Positions 58,001-64,000 of a stretch of 64,000 bases of DNA are shown one piece after another (the stretch's first letter is position 1; every line of letters starts with the position of its first letter). Under the pieces are notes generated by a model. It saw only the letters and a list, made by a program, of their open reading frames with translations. It was not told the origin of the DNA and made no database searches. The stretch is from Macrostomum hystrix. Its lineage: Eukaryota > Animalia > Platyhelminthes. Location of the stretch: assembly GCA_950097015.1 (NCBI GenBank), contig CATNEN010000032.1, positions 2,795,546-2,859,545 of the forward strand, written 5' to 3'. The position numbers and the translations under genes were made by a program.

Positions 58001-60896
58001 GATTGACTGTCTGGCCCGCTACCAATCTTGCTTGCAGTCAACTCATAAATCACTATTCCTATCTCTGATGTACTCACATTGGCCAGCATTGAATAAATAT
58101 TTCAGTAGCCTTCAGTTATAGCTTTCGACTATAGTTAGCGTAGGCAGCAGATTGCACACCTATTTGGCTGATTAACTAATCCCTGGCTAGTGACTCCACT
58201 CTTCCAGAGGCTTAATCTCACATTCCCGTTGATTCTCATTGCTGATAGATTGCTATAAAGCATTTTATTTCTGTTTTCTTACTGAGGCCGCCACGAGAAA
58301 CTAGACATTGTTAGATGCTGTAGGTAGGTCATTTTAGCTGGTTAATGCCCCTTTGTAGTAAAAAGTACTTTCAAAACTCTTCATGTGAGCTCAACAACTA
58401 CAAGCCAATCGTGTATTGTATGTAAAATGATTATGGCAAGGTTTTGACTTTTAACAATCTTTCACAACAGATACTTCTGAAAAACCAAAAGTACTGTATA
58501 GGCCTAGGGCTTTAGACCAGAGCGGCTTGCGTGTATAATTTTTATTAATTCTTTGTTTTAGTAAGCATAGATTCAGTGTAAATACAAGCGTGGTACCGGT
58601 TGTCAGACTACGTCCTCTCCGTTGCTTTTTTCAAGTCTGTTTTGGTTTCTGTTTCCTCACCACACAGCCTTAATCATATTTTTACGTTATATATATTACA
58701 ATTAACGGAGTACACGAGTAATGCAAAAATCGATGATCCTGGTCTTCCTTCGTGTCTGTCTTCCTAGCTACTCCTCTCTCCCTTGCTTCCATCCTTGTTT
58801 TCGGAAGCTGCGCAAACTTACCCAAACCAGTCCCGACTGTAGCGCTTCGCTCGCTCGCTTCCTCCCATTGAGCTTGCGCATGACTATTTGATGTTAATTC
58901 ATCGATGTTTGTGTTGCCGTCCTTTTTTTATCTTCTCTGTTCGCGCATGCCGGAAAGCACGAAAGTCAATCAAATCTTGCCGGCCTCCCTCCCCCCCCAC
59001 AATCTCCAGGCTCTGTCTTGCCAAAACTGAAACTGCAAAGCCAGGAACGAGACGGTGGGAGAATTCACGGGTGACGGACGGGTGAGGGAAACGGGTCCGC
59101 GGGATTAGGAAATTGAGTTTCTACTGTTCACAAACTCGGCCTGCCTCCGCCTCCTTTCCCTTTCCAGGCCCATGATAATGCAGCATTCACGCGCACATGC
59201 GTACGCAAACAAACCCCTGGTTTTCACTTTCTCTTTTTTCTGTGGGCTCGAAGCTGTGGGTCTCCTAGTCTTTTTTCTCGCCTATCCCTTCCGCTCCACT
59301 CATTTTCCAGGCGACTGAGCAAATAAGACTTCTAAACGGTCACTGAGTCTTTCTTTTATCCCTATATAATATCCCTCTTCTACGCGCCACTCTCGATGTC
59401 CGCTTCCTCCGGCATATTCGCAGACAGGCATCCAAGAAAGATGATGAAGTCTTGCGGATTAGACGGAAAGCTTGAGGATTTGAAGCTGAAATATGAGAGT
59501 TATTATGACCTCCTGGTTCAGTTTCAGGATTTTGCCGTCTTATTTGACCCGTATTGATTGATATTAGGGCTGCAGTGAGTTGTGCATTGATTAAAGGGCT
59601 TTCGTGAGCGTGTGTTGCTCCTAGTTCTACTGGCTCTCTTTGGGATAAATTTATCGAAAGCAGACGTACTTATTTGCTGATGTTTTTGCAGTAAAAGTTA
59701 CTTATAAATCAACACAATCTAGCCAGTGGATTTACATCGCTGCCTTTTTGGCTCTCGGGTAATAGCAAAACCAAACTGAAGAACAGGAGATAAGACAAGA
59801 ACGGCTATTGTCGTCTTCAGCTTTTCGTCGACAATAGCAAATATATCATTGATGCTTGTTGTAGTAGGAAGTACAGCGAGAAAAAAATTGCAATGTGTCT
59901 GGCAGAACTTATGACTACATGCGCGCTAGCGAAGCGAAGCTGAGACCAGCTAGCCAGCCAACTTGAGCACTTAATGTTGCGTGTTCTGTAAGTCTGTCAG
60001 GCAATCATGCGTTCTTGGACCACAGAATTGGGAATAGAGCTGCGGACGGTGCTTCGATTAGGCAGGATTGCAAGCAAAGGCCGGGAATAGTATGGAAAAT
60101 TGGGGTAGAAAAAAGCAAACTCGGCTCTTGCTGCTGCTGCTTAATTTGTGCGCACGGAGCGGTCTCGGTCTCTGTTGGCCCGCTGCCGCCGGCGAAAAAA
60201 GCTGAGCGAAAGACAGAATGAGAGGCTGAGGTTTTTGGCTGGCCTCTTGTTGGCTGATGGGGCTCGAGGCTACATACGGCCTGCTAAGGCGGGTTCCTCT
60301 CAGATGCCTGCAGCATCTTTCTCTGTCTGAGCGTTCTGTTCTTTCTGAGAATCGACCCGCATCACAGCGAGGGAAAAGGGAGTTGGCAAAGAAAAGGTTT
60401 GATGGCTTTCTTTTCCGTTCCCTCTGGACACACTGCCCTTCGGAACTTCCCTCCTCCCCCTGGCTGTTTGGTCCGGTCGGACAAAACGCATAGGCAGGTG
60501 GTGTGTGGACAAGAAATAATAATTCTCATCTGGACTTACCTGGAATTTTTTCTCTCCTCTTTCTCTATTGCTCTCGCTCTGTAAACTATAAGAAAATTGA
60601 CGGATGTCGGCAAGTTGAGTTGGTGCGCAAAATTGTGCTCATCGATCAAGGACTTTCTATCGCCTTTCTTCAACGCCTCATCAATATGGTGTTATAATTG
60701 TAGTATTAGTATGTTTTTTGATCTCTGATATGCCATTTTCGGGCAGTGTCTATTACTTCTGAAGTATCTGAATGCGCGAACACGATGATTTTTCCAGCCA
60801 AATACTCGAATTAACTATCTTCGCTCGCTTTTCGCCTACAGAAATAATGCCGGTTAGGGGGACAAAGAATAAATCGAATCAACAATTGGCTACTTC

Positions 60897-60942
60897 TATA
60901 TATATATATATACATATATATCGTGTGTGTGTGTGTGTGTGT
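60897..60942. repeat. (TA)n(GT)n compound microsatellite
   Basis: Direct reading. Confidence 0.9.
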
Positions 60943-62570
60943 GACAGGTACACCTGTCTAGATTAATTCGTATGGATGGTGTGAAGGCTGAAAATATTGT
61001 TATCCACCTTTGAGTATGGTAAGTCGCAGATACTTCCCAGTGTACTTTACACAAAAATACCACACAGAGGCAATATGTGCAATTCGGTAACACTTTTCAC
61101 TCTTTGAACCCAAACGGTCCATCTATTTTTACGGCTGTGTCCGTCAAAGGAACAAAACGCAGCATTGGCATGACAGGATTAGTTAATAGATATGTTAGAC
61201 ATCCAGGGATCTTGTAGTTCAATTGTTTAAGCTTTGGAATTTTGACCGAGACTTTAAGGAGTTCGAAGCTCAGCCCAAGGAAAAGAATTATCTTTTTTGA
61301 GCGACACTTTTTACCTTTTGCTTCATTTTTGCCACCTGCAAAATTGGTTCTGACTGGGTCAAGACAGCAGATACAGTGCTGAGTTACTGCTATAGAGACT
61401 TCAGTGTTTCGCCGTATGGCTTTTATATGCGATGTATTTTAGGGTGTCCAAGCGGTGTACGAGTAGTGTTGCACTTTCACTGACGTCCAATGTTCGAAAT
61501 CTGCTTGCAATGATTAGAAGTGTCTAATTATTAATCAGGCATGTGTGTGCCCCTTGCAATTTAAAACGAGCCCTTCAATTGACACGTTCTGTCAAATAAT
61601 GAAGCCCTAACATAGCTTAGTTGCCTACACAGAAGTGAAAATTAAAGACAGTATTAGTTTTCTTTCCCGCCCTTAAATCCGTCAGTCAGTCGCTAAATCG
61701 AAATTTTGTCTTTTAGATTGCGGCTCGAGTTACTTTAGGAAATTGACTAGCATAAGAAGCTTCCATCGATGAGAACAGCTAGTGGGACTTAGGCGGGGGT
61801 CACTTGAGATCCTCAATTTCATTGGATTTCTCTGCGGACAGAAAGAGAATCTGCTCCAGTAGAAAAAATTGAGAAAAGCTTTTCCTCCTTGTAATCTAGC
61901 AAATTTTTAGGCCAATCGATCATTGCCTACGTGGGATCAGTTTCAACTTAAGCGGATTAGTATTTACACTGAGCTACATGCCGCTCATGTAAATCTTAGA
62001 CTTGGTCTGCTCGTTCTGTCCTTTATTGGCTCAGAATGTGCGACTCATGCCATCCTGTCTATTTAAAAGTTTTTCTAATCAACTCAGCCTTCTGGGAGAT
62101 AATCATAGACTTGAATTTTGTTTTAAATTTAATTATAAAAAATTATTATAGTTTCTAAATTTACCACTGAGTCTATCTATAATTTCTGCGTATTAGTCCT
62201 TTTTAAGTAATACTTTCTATTTATAAATATGAAATCCTTATAATAACAATACCTTTGATATAGATACATACAATAAATCAAAAGGCCTCCAAAAGTCCAG
62301 ATACACAATCATTCGATAATTATATAAATACGTAAAATAATTTACAGTCACATAAGCATACTGTCAGTTAGATTGTGAGACAGACACAAGCAGATAAGCA
62401 TTCTGGCAGTTAGATAAGCATGTTGCCATGCTGATTAGCATCACACAGGTAGATTAGGTACGCAAAGGTAGACAAGTCAGGCCGCGCATATCGAGTCGTT
62501 GCTATCTGCAGCATGTTTAAATAAAGCTACTTAAAAAACGGTTTCAATACGAAACTGTTCACTATTGCAG

Positions 62571-63836
62571 CTGCTCCAAGCTGCCTTGGCGCTGTGGCAG
62601 CAGCCGTCGCTGCCGGATCGTCTAGCCAAGACCGGCCTGCTTGCAAGCCGTCTGGCCGCTGTGGCCGCAGCTCTACGGCTGCTGCAGCTGCTGATCGTTG
62701 AGCCACTGCCCGCGCTGCGGAGCCGCTTGGCCCCTACGCAGCTACTCAGTAACTGGAGGCGCCGCGCCTTCCGTGCCTTAGCCGGCCTCGCGCCGGTCTG
62801 TCGCACGCCGGAATCGGCCGGACGGCTGCGCCTCATGCCGGAGCTGCTGGAGCCGCAGCAGACGGTGACAAACGACGCCGACGGAGAATACATTGACAGG
62901 GACGACGAAGAGCGACAGCGGCAGGTGGCGGTCATGTTTGACGAAGAGGGCCGCCTGTTTCCTGAGGACGATGACGACGGCCTTGGCGCCTCGGTCCTCG
63001 GCGACGAGGCCGGCTGCTTCGGCTTCAGCTCATCTGCTGACGAAGCCGACGATGCGGAGGAGCTGGCTGAAGAGCCGGCCTGGCTGGAGCTGCAGGAGCC
63101 GAACCGCATGGTCCGCCTGCCTGATCCCTACCAGCTGTGCTATGGCCTGAGCCCCGGCCAGCAGCGCCAGCCGGTGCTGAACTACCACGGCGGCTTCTCC
63201 TTCGCTGTGGACGATGAAGGCGACGGACTGGTCGCGTTTCACTGCGACGCGTCCACGCCGGAGCCAAGAACTGCGTCTGCGGCGGCCGATCCGGCCGCGC
63301 TGGAAAAACTGCAGCGCCTTGAGAGCGAACTAGCCGCCCTCCGAGAGCAAGTAGCCCGCCTGGTGTCCGCTCAGGAAACCGCGGCCAAGCAGCCGCCTCC
63401 GCCGCCGCCTCCGCCTCCGACGCGTGCGCCGCCTCCGCCTGCGCCGCCGCCGCCACCGCCACCACCGCCTCCGACGCCATTGATTCTGCCACGGCGTGGT
63501 CGGGCGGCGGCCGACTCACCCTCCAGCCTGCAGCAGCCAGCAGCGTCAATGCCAATCGATATGGGCGCCCTTCTAGCTGATATCGGCAAAGTTAGACTGC
63601 GGCCAACCAGACTGAACAAGTCTCCAGGCGGCACGCCCCTGAAGCCGAAGTTCGGCGACCAGCCGGGACAGCGGCAGCGCCAGCCGCCGCCGGCCAGCGA
63701 TCCCGCAGCCATCATCGCCGCCGCGCTTCGACGCAAATTCAAAAACGTTGCCTCTCCGCCGCCACAGTCGGCGTCTTCGAGCGCGATGAAGCTCATTGAG
63801 TCAAATGACAAGGAAAATGGGGAGTCATTTGCTTGA
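62571..63836 (+). CDS. Mitochondrial fission regulator (MTFR1/FAM54-like) terminal coding exon; start not located
   Basis: ALEKLQRLESELAALREQVARLV coiled coil, poly-Pro, DMGALLADIGKVRLRP..KSPGGTP and DPAAIIAAALRRKF match the MTFR family layout; plausible acceptor ttgcag at 62565-62570. Confidence 0.78.
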   Translation: MLQAALALWQQPSLPDRLAKTGLLASRLAAVAAALRLLQLLIVEPLPALRSRLAPTQLLSNWRRRAFRALAGLAPVCRTPESAGRLRLMPELLEPQQTVTNDADGEYIDRDDEERQRQVAVMFDEEGRLFPEDDDDGLGASVLGDEAGCFGFSSSADEADDAEELAEEPAWLELQEPNRMVRLPDPYQLCYGLSPGQQRQPVLNYHGGFSFAVDDEGDGLVAFHCDASTPEPRTASAAADPAALEKLQRLESELAALREQVARLVSAQETAAKQPPPPPPPPPTRAPPPPAPPPPPPPPPPTPLILPRRGRAAADSPSSLQQPAASMPIDMGALLADIGKVRLRPTRLNKSPGGTPLKPKFGDQPGQRQRQPPPASDPAAIIAAALRRKFKNVASPPPQSASSSAMKLIESNDKENGESFA

Positions 63837-63917
63837 CGCATTTTCTCATTGATTTTTTAGCTTTTTTGGGCTTCTAATTTATTTCTGTTCAGTTTTCATT
63901 TTTGTCATTCTCATCTT

Positions 63918-64000
63918 CTCATCTGGTCGGTCATTACCCTCGCTTCTCATCTGGTCGGTCATTACCCTCGCTTCTCATCTGGTCGGTCATTACCCTCTCT
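63918..64000. repeat. 28-bp tandem repeat (3 copies, reaches window edge)
   Basis: ctcatctggtcggtcattaccctcgctt at 63918, 63946 and 63974. Confidence 0.93.

Noticed and set aside
59440-59560. Short ORF MMKSCGLDGKLEDLKLKYESYYDLLVQFQDFAVLFDPY as a possible first exon of the MTFR1-like gene
   Set aside because: No convincing in-phase splice donor or homology to support joining it to 62571.

Overview
Eukaryotic (metazoan) genomic DNA with GT-AG introns, low-complexity-rich proteins and dense repeats. The style is consistent with a free-living flatworm such as Macrostomum, but this cannot be confirmed from sequence alone. Host genes: a 4-exon two-pore-domain K+ channel (minus strand, 1843-8302), head-to-head with a 9-exon, strongly divergent SLC1/EAAT-family transporter (plus strand, 9856-18524, one frameshift in exon 1); two near-identical intronless GDA1/CD39 NTPDase (apyrase) genes about 15.9 kb apart, the second truncated in its C-terminal hydrophobic tail; an intronless MyTH4-FERM ORF; and an MTFR1-like ORF. 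Mobile DNA: a young full-length Ty3/Gypsy element (218-bp LTRs, CATG TSD, tRNA-Leu-type PBS, -1 frameshift signal with a predicted pseudoknot) inserted in a 51-bp minisatellite inside SLC1 intron 5; a decayed BEL/Pao element and a second BEL fragment; a Helitron Rep/helicase relic; a DD34D mariner; and several copies of a ~3-kb Helitron-like non-autonomous repeat carrying internal minisatellites. The most interesting items are the SLC1 protein with altered ion-coupling and gate residues, the NTPDase pair that may encode anchored versus secreted forms, the Gypsy recoding signals, and a 54-bp Gypsy integrase snippet embedded among unrelated tandem arrays. All alignments were done by eye; no searches were run.
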